Positions 24,121 through 38,534 of a stretch of 64,000 bases of DNA are shown here, piece by piece. This DNA comes from Octopus vulgaris. Its lineage: Eukaryota. Numbering within the stretch: the first letter of the stretch is position 1; each line of letters begins with the position of its first letter. The stretch lies in NCBI GenBank assembly GCA_951406725.2, contig OX597819.1:106516001-106580000 (forward strand), written 5' to 3'. Under the pieces are notes generated by a model, which was not told the origin of the DNA, searched no databases, and saw nothing but the letters and a program-made list of their open reading frames with translations. The translations under genes were made by a program, and so were the position numbers.

Positions 24121-26798
24121 TGTTATCCTGGGAGGTTAAGCAGTTTTAGTCGCTGAAATTTTTTTTCTCTTCTGTAGTTTGTTGATATTTTTCTCCGCAT
24201 TTTAAATGTTCGTATTTATTATCTAGTGAGCTTAGCAAAAGAAATACTTTTTGATCAGTTTTTTCACTCTTGGTGCTGTCGTTAATATCATCGTTGCCAT
24301 TGATTCTTATTCGTATGGCGCTTGTGATGTTTTTCGCTACGCTGTGCATGATATGCCGCTGGTGATTTTCGGCGATTCCTTGACTGACATGTTATTGTTA
24401 TTACTTTTGCACAAATGCTGTCACTGTTGTTATATTTTTTCCTACAACACATATTGCTGTCAATATTTCGAACTATGCCTACGTTTATGATATTTTGTTG
24501 CAAGTCATGACAGTTTCATATATATATATCCTTCGACATTCCAGTCTCACATATTGCATATCAAAAACGAAGTCACTTTGAAAACATTTTTTGTTGCGAA
24601 AAATTGTCTTTCATTTAAAACTTTGCCAGTAGAGTGACTAATCTCTCGTTTATGCTTCTGGTCCTAAAAAGGAAAAGAATACACAAAATCACAAAACTTC
24701 CATATCACATTTAGCTTTCGTGAGAATCTTCACCAACAGCGATAACGAAACATGTTACTTCAAGCATTTGATTTTAAAGATCTGATTCAGTTGGTTGTGC
24801 GTTGATATTATGAGCAACAATTCACACAATTCATCAAATAATTCATCAAATAATGACCAGCCATTGTTATGATGGCTGGTCTTCCCCATTGTTGTTCATA
24901 GATTATAGCTGCTGCGAGGAGATTGTTCTTATAAATTGCTCGGGTCAGTATTATATATTTGAGATCCTACATTATTTCTCACAAATCGTTGTCAGACATA
25001 GAATTGTAACAAGGGAACAAGTTTGTTGAAAATGATAAGTTGCAATATAGGCTAAATTGAGACGTTTTACTCCATTAATGTTTTCAGTCGTTACTCATAG
25101 TTATGTTTAGATATCGTTTCTTCATTGGTAATATTATGTTTCATATATATATATATATACAACCGAAAGGTAGTATCGGCAATTCAAAAACCCAATTGAA
25201 ATATATGATGTGATCGGAAAATTGGCAGCAAGACAACTACGTATGTTTGATTGTGGGTGTGGACGCATTTCTCTCTAGAAACACCATGAAATATCCATGC
25301 CTATTGAATATGCACCAGCATTTATTATTCATAGTCACGATGATTATATTTCACAATATACCAAATAAATGTCAATTTTTACTTGTAAATTATGTTTTCA
25401 GGATCTTGTTTCCAAAAATTGTCATATTAAATATTTTCCCAAGTCACATCTTCTTTCAGTTCATATCTCATCTCGCTCTCTTTCACTTCTTCCTCTATGA
25501 ACACATTTTCTATCGCCTTACCATTTTTCTATTTACTTTCTTTTTCTTGAATTTCGATAACTATTTTCATTTATGTAGAAAAATAGAAAATTAATACGAA
25601 ATGTTTCCTCACAATTAGATTTTCAAAAAATATCAAAATACCAAAACGGAATAAATTCATACGTATTTCCTTTTCAATATTTTTTTTTATTTCCAATGTT
25701 TATATTAAAATCTATTCACTCTTGATATTTTCTCTATATCATTAAGTTCACTGTTGATGTATGATACATTTGAAATACGATATATAAGATATATGATATA
25801 TTTGATATTTTCTACTAGTATTGATGTTTTCTAGATTTTCGTTGAATAAATTATAAGGAAAAAATATGAAAATCATTCTTCCTTGTATTGATGGTTATTT
25901 CCAATCTCCTATCAGTTCAAACTATAAAATATTCCTAATGTTTTAGTTTGTCACATATACATATATACATAAATATGAAAATACTTATACACATAAAGTT
26001 ATACATATGTAAATATACATCTACATATATGCATACGTTCAATCCAATATGTGTGCGTGTGTGTTTTATAAATATATCTGCGTATGTATGCACATACATA
26101 TACATGTTTGTGCTTTCGTATACGCATGAGTATGCGCACGTGTGTGTATGCATATTCACTGACGACATGACTGCGTTCGAGTTCAATCTCATATATACAT
26201 AATTGTTTGTAATAATTTCCTATTAGTTTAGTTTGGACTAATAATGCTCATTAAATTTTCTAGACACTATTAATCTCCTATTTTAAAGAAACGTACGATA
26301 AAAGTATTTATGCATTGCCAGCTTTTGTAGTTTATATCAAGACAATAATGATATAACTATTTAAATCATAATCGTGATATCTACATTATTTAACCCATTA
26401 ATTCATAATATATTCTATGGCATGCAACTCGTCTTTATTAGTTGACAGTTATATCTGTGTCAAATTTTGGTTTTTACTTTGCTTCCGTTGCTAGTATTCA
26501 TAGTTTAGTTTTTCTTATCAGCTTATGAATTTTATATCTCATTTTGTTTTTCGCCTGCTGTAGTGCAATGCACGGCAATTAATTGTCAGGCACTCGGTGG
26601 GAAAGTACTGTGGATTGAGTCATGGAGTTTATATCAGGAGTTTATATTGAAATTTCTACTTAACATTTGTTATCTGCATTACTTTCTATAATTTACAGTT
26701 TATGGTTTCTCATACACGAGAAACATGTTAACGCTGGTGTTTTAGGTGACATTGTAAAAAGATATAGCAAGTGTATTCGGTTTTATGTGTTGGAATTA

Positions 26799-28951
26799 CA
26801 CAATGTAACAAATGTTTTGTTTATTTGTATTTTTTAATGTTCAAATATGCAATTTTTGCCACTAAATAAAAAAATCACATTTGTTTTGACGTGGCATCAA
26901 TAGTTATTTATTTATTTCTAATTTCATATTTGCTCGTTATATTTATAACTTTTCTCTAAAGTACTTTGTTGGTTCAATCTATGCTAGTATTGTAAGGATA
27001 ATTGCACAACATTTAGTAAATTTTCATATATTGAAAGGCATTTAGGAAGTACAATATTAGTTAAAACAAAATAAACTTTGCACTGTAAATGCCTTGATAG
27101 CTCTTTTCTTAAGATGAGAAGTGCTTTGACGATCGAGATTTTCTGGAGCGTATACCTTCATCTCTTCTGACTAGAGACCGTAAATAATCTCCCATCATAG
27201 CAGTATCCCATCGTCCTTGGTATCTTCTTTCATAATTGCGATGTGCTGATGAAATCTCTCACCATGCTCCTCATTGACATCACCTAAGTTTTCGGTAAAA
27301 AATCTAAGTGAGAGAGCAAAATATGAACCATTAACGACATACGGCAACTCATTTTCTTGAAGCTTTCAATAAGCTTTGCTAGCAGCTGTTTGTAATTAGG
27401 ATCCTTGTGATCTCCTAGGAATCCACGAACTATATCACGAAATGCACACCAAGTTTCATTTTCAACTTTTATCATCGCTCCTTCCAGTTTCTTCGGCTTT
27501 AAAATTGCATTTACTTGCGGCCCAACAAATATGCCACCCTTGATCTTAGTCTCAGACAGATTTGGAAACATAAGACAAATATCTTGAAAAGCTTCTCCTC
27601 TAAAATCTAAGGCCTTACAAACTGTTTTACCAATCCGAGTTTGATATGAACAGTGGTTAATAAGATTTTGTGGAATCTACTAGAGGCTGTTTGAGAACAT
27701 TTAACATTCCTGGCTGCAGTTCCAATCGTGGGGGCCTATGTACTCTCTTGCTGTCCCATACGCAAAGGAAAGATGAATACTTTGTGTATCCCCCTTGCAA
27801 GCCAAACAAGAAGGCAACCATCTTGAAATCACCACAAACATCCCACTTGAACTCAGCGTAATTTATTTTGTCGAAAAGTTCTTTGACATTATCGTAATTT
27901 TCTTTCTTCTGTATGGTGTGTACAAGAGGCAAAGAAGGATATTTATTCCCATTGTGGAGCAACATTTCTTTCAGACTTCGTGTTGAGCTATCTATGAAGA
28001 GTCACCATTCTGCAGAATCATGCTTGAGTCACATCTTTACAATAACACAGATCATTAATATTTTCATAGTAAATTTCAAATTCTTCATGGCATTTCGGTA
28101 CACAGATGTCTTGCAGTCTTCCCCCAATAGATTCCATTCCTTCAACCTTGATGAAAGAAGTTCAGCTCCTGACTTAGTAAGAGCCAGATCCCTGATTAAA
28201 TCATCTAGCTCACTCTGATTTGGAAAGTGAGACTCCGAAGTCGTTCTTGGTACGAAAGCTTCCTCCATTTCTTGGCTGCTGCTACTTGTTGACTCTTCAG
28301 ATGAAATAGTTTCTGGTGGTAGTGGTACTCGTAAACGTTCATCATATGGGACAGGTGCTCTACATGATGATATGTCTGGATACTGAAGAGCTTGTCTTCC
28401 TTTCACTTTTCTGTACTTTGTTACATCGATTGTACAAAAGTAACCATCATCGCGATGGTTCTTTGGCTCTCTCCACACCCTTGGAATGGCAAAAGGCATT
28501 GACCGTCTTGTATCTCTTAACCATCCTTGTAGAGTAGATCGGCAGCTTCCACATATCACATGTGATCTGGTCACCCATGGGCATTCCGAAATAGAGTTTG
28601 TACGCTATCCACAATTTGGCACCTTTCACGATCTTATGTAATACATGCTTTTTTCCTATATAATAACCACACACATAGCAAAATGTATCTGGAGAATTTT
28701 TGCATACTCTAGTAGCCTTCATGAAAGTAGCACAAAGTAGTAATTGGTCTCAAAGAGAAAATTGGACATACATTTACTAGCGGAACATTATAACAATACC
28801 GAATATATAATAACATTGAAAGTCGACATATTTTTTCAACTGTTGATACACAAAAAAAATAATTTCATTTTTGGAATCAGCAGAAAAAATGGATTGATAA
28901 ACAATAAAAAAATACAATAAACAAATATTTTTTGAAAATTGTTACGTTGTG
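26799..28951 (-). mobile_element. Full-length Chapaev3-type (CMC superfamily) DNA transposon, 2153 bp
   Basis: TTA|CACAATGTAACAA ... TTGTTACGTTGTG|TTA: 3-bp TWA TSD with CAC/GTG termini. Degenerate inverted similarity extends ~100 bp inward; transposase remnant inside. Confidence 0.82.
27100..28722 (-). pseudogene. Disrupted Chapaev3-like transposase
   Basis: Motifs CKNSPDTFCYVCG, AYKLYFGMPMGDQ, MPFAIPRVWREPKNHRDDGYFC, QSELDDLIRDLALTKSGAELLSSRLKEWNLL, LFIDSS, LLHNGN, VCGDFKMVAFLFGLQGGYTKY, KIKGGIFVGPQ, HILLSHLDF, EEHGERFHQHI..RYQGRWD..MMGDY. Multiple frameshifts. Family name from recall. Confidence 0.85.
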
Positions 28952-29939
28952 TTATGAATTCATGTATTCTTTGAGTAAAGTGCATTTGTATCATTTTCAA
29001 AGGTATATGCAAGCAAACATACGTGTGTGTGCGTACGTGTGTGTTTAAAATTCACAATTGTAACTGTATTAACCCTAATGAATGTTCATCAGATTCCATC
29101 TGATTAACTGACAATATTCTATATAAATCTACAATAAAGGCACCACATTTTAACAAGGTCTGCGTTGGATTTTACCCCAGCTATGTGAGCACAAAGTACG
29201 AATTAATTTTCTGGATTTATTTAAACATTAAACGAAAAGAATACACAGTTTGAAAGTAAAAGGAATTTATTTAGAAGAAAAAGCTCATCTAAACTCAGGA
29301 ATTAAAAAACAATAAATTAGTGATGTGTATGCGACTGAACCGTTTGAAAATGGTCTTTAGTAAGGTGATGTACGAAAATAAAAACAACGAATTCTGCAAC
29401 CATAAGATTCTTAAAATATCCGATTATCTGTTGTCAATTATGACGATACATAATCTGATTTCTTTCTGATTTCTGAGCTTTAAATTCGTCTTATCACCCA
29501 CTATTAGTGACCCAGTATGGCATTAATACTTTTAAACTTCTATTTAGCATTACTATTATTTTGAACAATAATTTTTTTCTTATGTATACTGACATATTTT
29601 GTCCCGATGTAGATATTAACTAATTTTATTTACGCTATTTGACTGCACAAAATTGATTGTTGGGACTAAAATTTTTCATTTCTAATTGTCATATATTCCT
29701 CGGTTTTTACGCTGATTGTATACGATATATGTATATGATATATTTACAGCCTAACTCAAACATTTTTAATCACAATTTCTTGAGGTTGGTGAGCTAATCT
29801 TGTTGGTTACTCTTCGTGATATTGCTCCTGCAGTCACCGTTCATTATTTTTTAATCACCTTCTACAAACTTTGTCGTCTGTTGTTTAGTTATTTCCAATA
29901 CGAGAATTACTCTTATTACTATATTTACTGTTTAACCGA

Positions 29940-29953
29940 TACACACACACACG

Positions 29954-30002
<49 letters not shown>

Positions 30003-30310
30003 GATGGATAGATAAATAGATTAGATAAATGGATTGATAGATAGGTAGATAGTTAGATACACAGACAAGCAGGCACAATGATAGATAGACAGATAGAATG
30101 ATAGCTAGTTTATAGATAGGTAGATAGGTAGGTAAGTAGGTAGGCAGGTAGATAGATACATAGATAGTTAGGTATGTATGTATGTATGTATGTATGTATG
30201 TATGTATGTATGTATGTATGTAGATAGGTAGGCAGGTAGGTAGGTAGTTAGTTAGGTAGGTAGGGAGGTAGGTAGGTAGATAGATACATAGGTAGGAAGG
30301 TAGTAGATAA
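29940..30310. repeat. Compound microsatellite (CA)(CT)(GATA)(TAGG)(TATG)
   Basis: Direct. Confidence 0.95.
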
Positions 30311-30904
30311 AAGAATGGATTGATAGTTACATAACTAGATCCAAATTTAAAGTATCAATATTCGAGATTTCGTCCACTAATAATTGCACATACAATATAT
30401 TAATGATAATTAAAATATCCTGTTATCCATTTATAGAATATTCATAAACTGAATAACATTTGATTCCATATCTTTTACCATATTAAAAACCGTTTGTATA
30501 TTTGTTAACTTTTGGTTTACCCTCTTATTGGTCTTTAAAAATCTCTCTACAAAACAGCTCTAATTTCGCTAATTCCTCTGCAGGTAATGCGATTTTGACA
30601 ATTTGTCCTCTTCTTACGGTCTACATATGTTATCGTTAATTTTAGATATATATTTTCAGGTTATTTGAGCATTGGCCTTGGAATTTTGCTTGGATAAACC
30701 ATTGCCATTTATTTTTGAAAGGGCTATCATTAATAGTCTTTATTCAGCACATATTTGAATCTAGTAGGTACTTGAAGTTGTCTCATGGTGTGTTGTTAGA
30801 TTAACAATTTCATTTTCTGTTATGATTTTAATATACTCGTGCGCAACTCAGGACTGTCTGGTTTTCTACCGTCTCTTTTGATACATCGAAAATATTCAGT
30901 CATT

Positions 30905-31125
30905 AACACACGCAAAGACACACAAAATACACACACATACAAATACACGCACACACACATAGACACAAACGCACACATACACACTAGCAAACACACATAC
31001 ACGCAGCACACACACACACATACAAACACACAGGCACAGACACACACACACACACACACACACACACAAGCAAACACACAAACGCACACGTGCATCTTCA
31101 CCCAAAAGTAGACACACAGACACTA
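30905..31125. repeat. Degenerate (CA)n tract
   Basis: Direct. Confidence 0.9.
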
Positions 31126-34071
31126 ACACCCTAGTGCATATGGACTTATAGCTTAGCTGTTGTTCGCTGTGAGTACCATAGTTTTGCTAATTGCTGTTGG
31201 TGAAATCGTACAGATAATTATAATAATGAGAGAAAGGAATTATGGGTTTGTACTAAGAATTAATGACAAAAATGTAGCTGTGAATTCAGTTTAGCGAGCA
31301 ATGAGTTAATATGATATTAAATTATTTCATCTTATTTCTGGATGTTGGATGCAGTCCAATAATACTGGGATAAGCTGAGTGAACTGAAAGAACTCTAGAC
31401 ATGAATATTTCCTGCACAGCTTTTAGCGTAGTTGTTCCCATTTATTGCCCACAGATGGTCCGTTCTATGTTGATAGAGACTATACAAAAAAAGGGAACCA
31501 AACGCATGTACCTATACCTATACGTTTAGGTATAAGATGACAGTCAATGAGCAATTTGTTCCTGACGAGCCATCGGTATATAGGGTGAGATTTTATAAGG
31601 TCATAACTATTAAAAGAAGTTCGAATTATGCAATGGCGGAAGAGATGAAGTTCAAGGCGTAGCTGTTCGTGTTAATGAAGTAAGATAAGACAGAGACAAA
31701 AAGTAATATGAACTTGTCATGGCGATCAGGGGACAAGTAGAAATGGAAATGATTCATGGCTTTTTGGCTTGTGGTTATAGAAGTAAATAGTGAAAGGACG
31801 AGGTTTAATTATAATGAGAATAGCTGAAGCAAGTAGAATTAGAAGAGAAATATTAAGTTTGTAAATTGAAGTGGATATTACATTTTCGTATTTCAGAGCG
31901 TTTCCGGAGTGCATCGATCTTCGTCAGAACAAGGAAGATGGAATATCCGCGCATAATGATGTACAAAATGACTTGGCGGGATAACTGTTGTGATGGCTTA
32001 TGTGGTTTGTAAAGCTGTCACCTTCGTGGCTTCTGATTTGCCGTTATAGTTAAGAGTTGTGATCACGACTCTAATACTGAGAATACCATCCACAGTAGAA
32101 GCCTAATATTTTCCCCACTTAAACGAATTAGATTGAGAACTACGTACGCACAGAGCATTTTTTATTGAAATGCATTTTTACAGAGCGTCGCACGGAAACG
32201 AACATTTTCTGCGATAATGAGTCAAGTTTCGATGCGACAAGATACTTCTTTGGAAATTTGTCTGCTAGTAGCCTAGAAACAGTGAATAACTAGCGGTGAA
32301 ATTTGGCTATAGTTGATTAACCTTAAAGTCAACGCTGAATGGGCAAAACTATTACCATAAGTTTTACAAACGTGATTATCACGTCCTCTATTCATGCATA
32401 AATATTCTAGAACCGCACTTTTAAGTGGACGCTGTCCTTTTATGAAAGAATAAAATGCGATTTGAGAATGCTTTGGTTTCCTATATCAGAAAACATTGAG
32501 CGGTCACATACAGATTTCCGCGTCGGCATACATCTTGTTGATGTTTGCTTTTGTGTAACAAAAGAGAAAAAAAAAAAAATAATGCAAGTATAATCGAAGT
32601 ATTCATCACCATAATCACATCGTTATATAGGATAGTTTTGTTTATATAACAAAAAAGAAATACTACAGATAGTTATCATTGTCTTGGAAACTGTTTATTT
32701 GATGTGAGGTTCTTTCATCTTTCAAACACAGATTTCTTGACCTGTTTGAACAAGACGTTTGATAAAAAAGTGTGAGAGGTGTGGCAACTGTCATTCTAAA
32801 AATAAAAATGTCGATTTTTTTTTCTCGTTTTCATCTTACCATTTAATTTCGTGATTCTCAGTATCATTTCCAAACATTATTTTTGCTATGTTTGTTATTC
32901 GTCTCATTTTTCTTCCTCAGTATTCCGTTTACACTTGATTTATTCATTCACTGGCGTTTTCGTTTTATTTCTCTTCCATTATATTTCCTTATTTACTTTA
33001 ACATTATTTTGATTATTTTTTTTGCTTCTTAATCATTTACTTCATTCTCCTATTTAATATTCAATATTCTGCATTGATTTCTATGTTCTCTCACATTGAA
33101 GAACACATATACATCACAGTCACATAGACGCTAACGCACGCACACATAAATACGCACACGTACATATACATGTATATATATACCAAGTCACAATCGTGCT
33201 GTTACAAAAACATAATATCACACATACGACGGGCTTCGTGTGTATTATGCACAAGCACACATGTAATTCTGCATATGTGTATCTGTCAATATATGTATGT
33301 ATTCATGTATGTATATACACATATACACATGTATTCATATACATGTGTGCGTCTGAGTGCGTAATTATAAATACATATTTATGCATATGTGTCTAAACAC
33401 ACTCGCATACAAACACACGCATGCAAGCACGCGCTCACACACACACACACACACACACACGTAGACATAGGCGCACACAAAATCAACAGCCGACATATAA
33501 GGACGGGAGCGTCAGCGAGTTTGCAAGGAAAATATAAAAATGGCCGTTGTAGTTGTTGAACGCTGTTATAAATTAGTTTTATGGAAATTTTATATAATTC
33601 AAACATTATGACATTTAATTTAACTTATGCGTTAGTATGAGATCGATGAACTTTACTACGACGTTACTAATTAGAAAGATATATATCAATTGTTAGCAAC
33701 GTAAGCAATGCTTGTATCCAAAAGTTAATCTTTGTATTGAACGTAACTTGGATATCTTGTTAGAACACCGAATACTGGGTTGTTAGACTTGAGAGTCTAA
33801 AAGCAAATGCACAGGTCGTTGCAGACAAGAACTATTTGTCCATGCTTTCTATGCTTCGGAACTCCCATATCACGTGATTTTCGTCTACTGGACACCAGGA
33901 ATACTAGGCAGCCGGTCGCAGTAGACAAGGCACATTGTGCTCGCACAATATGCAGAATATCAGCATCTCATCACATACTGATGTCGCCCATAAGCATGTT
34001 AAAAGTTAATTATTATCGAGGGAAGCAATAATTGTTCTAAAAGTTAATTTTTGCATAAATATATTTTGTAA

Positions 34072-34479
34072 CTATCAGTATCGCCCGGAATTGCTCGGGT
34101 TTGTTTCGACCCTTTAGAATTGGAATTTTTGAAAAGTAAAAAATTTTGCATTGTGTAGCCTGTTATTCTCTTTAAGTGAACCTTTTTCTGGTTGAAATAC
34201 ACCGAAAAATGGTGACACGGCAGTAAAAAAATCGTAAAAAATAGGGATTTTCATAGAATAAAAAAGTACCTTTTTGATGTAAATAATTTTTGGTCTTAAC
34301 ATGGTCCGATTTGAATTTTATCTTCTACGGAATGAAGAGCAAGTCTTCTATCATACTCTCAGTTTTGGTCAACTTGCGCCGCAGGGTCTCGGAGGAGATA
34401 ATGTTAGTTGAAGGCTACCAAACCTGCCACACACAGACAACTTCAGCTTGGGCGATAAAGAAATATATATATATATAGA
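34072..34479 (-). mobile_element. Non-autonomous Helitron
   Basis: Minus strand begins A|TCTATATATA and ends with the subterminal hairpin CCCGAG-CAAT-TCCGGG followed by CGATACTGATAG|T (CTAG-like end). Inserted between A and T; no TSD. Confidence 0.7.
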
Positions 34480-35279
34480 TTAGTGACCAGCTCGCTCGAA
34501 ATTTTTTCGGAAACTAAGATAAAGCATGATATGTAAAATTTGCATCTGTTCGTAGTTTCCAAGATGTAGTTCACATGCTACAGTAGCTATGTTTGTGTCA
34601 ATTTTGACACACTGAAAGCAATCATTTTGGAACGTAGAAAATTGTTGTGACCATTTTGCTTTGCCTTTTATTAATCCACCCGCAGAAACAATTCGGTGAT
34701 TTGACTGTTATATTAGATCGATCTCAACTTAATTATATTTCTTTGAAATTTAGATCAGGAACTGGAATAGAAGAGTATTTGCAAATTTTGTTTAGAAATG
34801 ATGCAACATCATGTGAGCATGCATTCAACGACCCAGCGAGGAATCTACCAATATATAATTATATCAAGTGCAGTGTTTTCGCCCCATGTGGCCGTCTGTA
34901 ATGTCAAGAATAAGGAAGGCATATTGGATTGTAGTCACAGTCATTACTGAAGTAAATTAAAGTTGGTTGAATGAATACAGAACAGTTTTCTTTCATTTTA
35001 TAAGAATCTCCATTTCTCTTTTAAAAGTGTATATGCATTCCACTCACACGCAAGCTCGCACGCACGCACACGCTCACGCGCTTATGCGCTTATGCGCACA
35101 CACATGCACTCACAATGAAACACACGCACACACACACACGCATAAACATATATAAATATAAGCATAAATATTGAGAAACCGCCCCAATAGTAAATAGGAA
35201 ATATACATAATAGATATCATAACTCCATATCCAGTTTGCACAGGTAGAGTAGAATAGTTAGTGGGCTGATATGTAGATA

Positions 35280-35285
35280 GATGTA

Positions 35286-35321
<36 letters not shown>

Positions 35322-35322
35322 A

Positions 35323-35378
<56 letters not shown>

Positions 35379-35740
35379 ATGCACATGTATGTAAGCATAT
35401 AGATATAAAAGTAAACAGATCAAGATGCAGACGGATAGGAACAAAGGTTATATGAACAGACAAGCACATATACGCAAATGAAGACTGAAACACATGACCA
35501 TATATACACACACACACTGTATTTCACACAAGGACATATATGGAGATACGCATCCATACACACAAACACAGTACATAGTTGCAAATCACACACACAAACA
35601 CACACACTCAGACATGCACACACAAGGAGACAGAGGTACACACACATACATAAAAACACACAAACAACATGTATATTCAGAATACATACATACAAATGTA
35701 CACACATACATACATAAATACATACATAGGTACATGCATG
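35280..35740. repeat. Compound/degenerate TG, TA, CA microsatellites
   Basis: Direct. Confidence 0.9.
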
Positions 35741-36660
35741 TATAGGTTGATGAGGTGGCTGCTGAATTCTTTCAGATTTTCATGTGATTTTGTCCAAATT
35801 AGGAAACAATTATCTAGGTATCTTTTCCATGTGACCTCTACATGTCTTCTAAAGGCCATGCCGTAGTTTTCTTCAATTTCTTGATATAGGCTCTGTTCCA
35901 AGTGTCCCAATACTGAGTTCGCGAAAACTGGAGCAAATCGCCTTCCCAATAGCTGTGCCTCGAATTAGGAGGTAGTTTTTTTTTTCTGTTGAAAAGGAAT
36001 GTATTGTTTTCGAGGATGAGGCTGACCGCGTCTAGTATGAAGATTACAGTAAATCTACTCGGGATCACTTCTCTATGTTTCTCGACCCAATACCTCATGG
36101 CAATAAGCCCAAAATCATGTGGTATGTTTGTATATAAGTTTGTTACATCAAAATTAACAGTGAATTGGATTCTGATGTATTGGGCAGACGTGACAGGAAA
36201 CCGATGTCATCCCGAAAGATGCTGGATATGTGATTACATAGTGATTTTAGGATAATTTCAATGCGGTTCTCCTGACGATCTGTAGAACAGGCTGGACCAG
36301 CTATAATGGGTCTTAGATTGTAGTAGATTTATGTATTCATTAACTTGTTCCTTTATAGCATTTTGTATTTCTTTTGATTTGTGTATTTTAGGTAAGACAT
36401 ACAAGTTGCTGGATTTCGACTCAAAATTGATAATATAGGCTCTTTCATTAGGTATGGTGGTGTTATAGTATTTTAAGACTAAATAATTGAGTTTTGTTTA
36501 TGAGGCGGTGGTTAATATTTGAGGGTATTTTACGGTAGAATGTTGTATCCTTCAAATGAAATTCTGCTAAATGCCGGTAATATTCCGCATCTTTTATAAC
36601 AATGGCACCCCACTTTTCCGCTTGTTTGATGACAATTGTATTGTCATTTTAAGATGTGAA
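35737..36660 (-). mobile_element. Penelope-like element reverse transcriptase remnant
   Basis: Minus frames: IVIKQAEKWGAIVI, NLYVLPKIHKSK, VNFDVTNLYTNIPHDFGL, LILENNTFLFN, GTA/GRRFAPVFAN, WKRYLDNCFLIW. These match PLE RT motifs (ADKG..IV, Y.LPKIHK, FDV.SLYTNIP, RY.DD.F.IW). Confidence 0.82.
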
Positions 36661-36706
36661 AACCCAATCACTTTGTAACTTATATATATCAGTTGGATAA
36701 AGTTAC

Positions 36707-36710
36707 AATA

Positions 36711-36746
<36 letters not shown>

Positions 36747-36815
36747 TGTATGTATGTATGTATGTATGTATGTATGTATGTATGTATGTATGCACGTATG
36801 TATGCACGTATGTAT
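36707..36815. repeat. (TATG)n microsatellite
   Basis: Direct. Confidence 0.95.
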
Positions 36816-37063
36816 AATTTTTATAATAAAGGGTAAAATGATTAATGATTTTACAAAGGGGCCAGCGCGGAAATAAAAACCTTATATGTACATTTTGCAT
36901 ATATTTTAATAATTATATAAATAATTATAACAAGAGATTGGCTATAAGCCCCTCCAAGCGCCAAAAGTTTAATTCATCTTTCTTTTGCCCGACTATAGCG
37001 TGTGTTTTAGTTTTCGGAGGCGTCTATTTTTTTGCTTATATCCAATACCTTGTTATAATCATG

Positions 37064-37073
37064 TATATATATA

Positions 37074-37152
<79 letters not shown>
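37064..37152. repeat. (TA)n microsatellite
   Basis: Direct. Confidence 0.95.
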
Positions 37153-37157
<5 letters not shown>

Positions 37158-37543
37158 TATGCATTAGTACATGTATTTATATGTCTATGTATATGATTGT
37201 GCATGTGCGTGCGTATACATAAGTATATATATATATATGTAAATACTTATATGCATATATATATATATGTGTGTGTGAGTGTGTATGTATTTTTATTTGT
37301 ATATATATATATATATATATATATTGCACAATAGGGAAACGAAAAATGGAATTCACGAGAATCTCTAGTCATCACATGGTGGGTTTATACCCAAAGTTTA
37401 AATAATTACTTTATACATACGCACACACACACACATATATATATAGATATATATATACAATTATATGCATACTTATGGTAGCACTCCTACCCATGCACAC
37501 TCACAAACACACAGACATTTACCTGTATGTACTCCCGTCTCGA

Positions 37544-37606
37544 CAGAACACCTGCTCTTGCTCCGAGAACACCTGCACTTGCTCGGAGGACACCTGCACT
37601 TGCTCA
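37544..37606. repeat. 21-bp minisatellite x3
   Basis: CAGAACACCTGCTCTTGCTCC / GAGAACACCTGCACTTGCTCG / GAGGACACCTGCACTTGCTCA. Confidence 0.85.
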
Positions 37607-38239
37607 CTTCCAATAAACATGTTTTGTCGGAGTTGTATTAAAACTGGCTCACTTTGAATAACAATGATACTTGTTAAGAAGGCAGACACAGTGCTGTTCC
37701 TGCTAGCCTATTCTGACTGTGAAAATTAATCATATTAGTTGCACCATAGTGTTTTGTCTCTCCACGGGTGAGAAAGTGAAATCGGAGAATGTTAGCCAAA
37801 CTTCTGTTCATTGAGACATTAAAAGCTTACTATGAACTCGGTCGAAAAATCTCTTCCTGTGTCTGATGCTCTATTTTCTCAATCTATTTGTTCTCCTCTT
37901 CGATACTTAATTTTTGTTACAAATTTTATATTCAAGGATTATAGTTCATCTCCTGATATATAAGTCTCAACAAATTTTCTTCTGCCAAGGCATTTTATGC
38001 ATGCTACTTTGAAACACCGTCACGTAACGTCAACTGTTCAACATTGACAGCCCTCTTCTATCAACGGAACATTCATTAGCACAAATGCATAAGCACATCC
38101 ATAGTCGTTCTTCTCTTCAATTGTCTGCCCTTGTTCCCCTTCCTACTACAATCGTGTGCACTGTCATCATTTTTCAGCTGTCGTCATCTCTTCAGTCATC
38201 TCCATCAACGACTATCATATACGACTCTCCCCTTTCAGA

Positions 38240-38471
38240 TACTCTCTTTACTCTTTTACTTGTTTCAGTCATTTAACTGTGGCCATGCTGGAGCACCGTC
38301 TTTAGTCGAGCAAATCGACCCCAACTTATCTTTTGGAAGCCTAGTACTAACTGTATCGGACTCTTTTGCAGAACCGCTAAGTTACGAGGACGTAAACACA
38401 CCAGCATCGGTTGTCAAGCGATGTTGGGGGGGGGGGCAAACACAGACACACAAATACACACACACACAGAG

Positions 38472-38534
<63 letters not shown>

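Noticed and set aside
25247-25594. 115-aa hydrophobic ORF
   Set aside because: F/I/L richness is explained by T-rich composition; no motif or splice support.
37544-37606. CRISPR-like short repeats
   Set aside because: Head-to-tail units without spacers, no cas genes, eukaryotic context.
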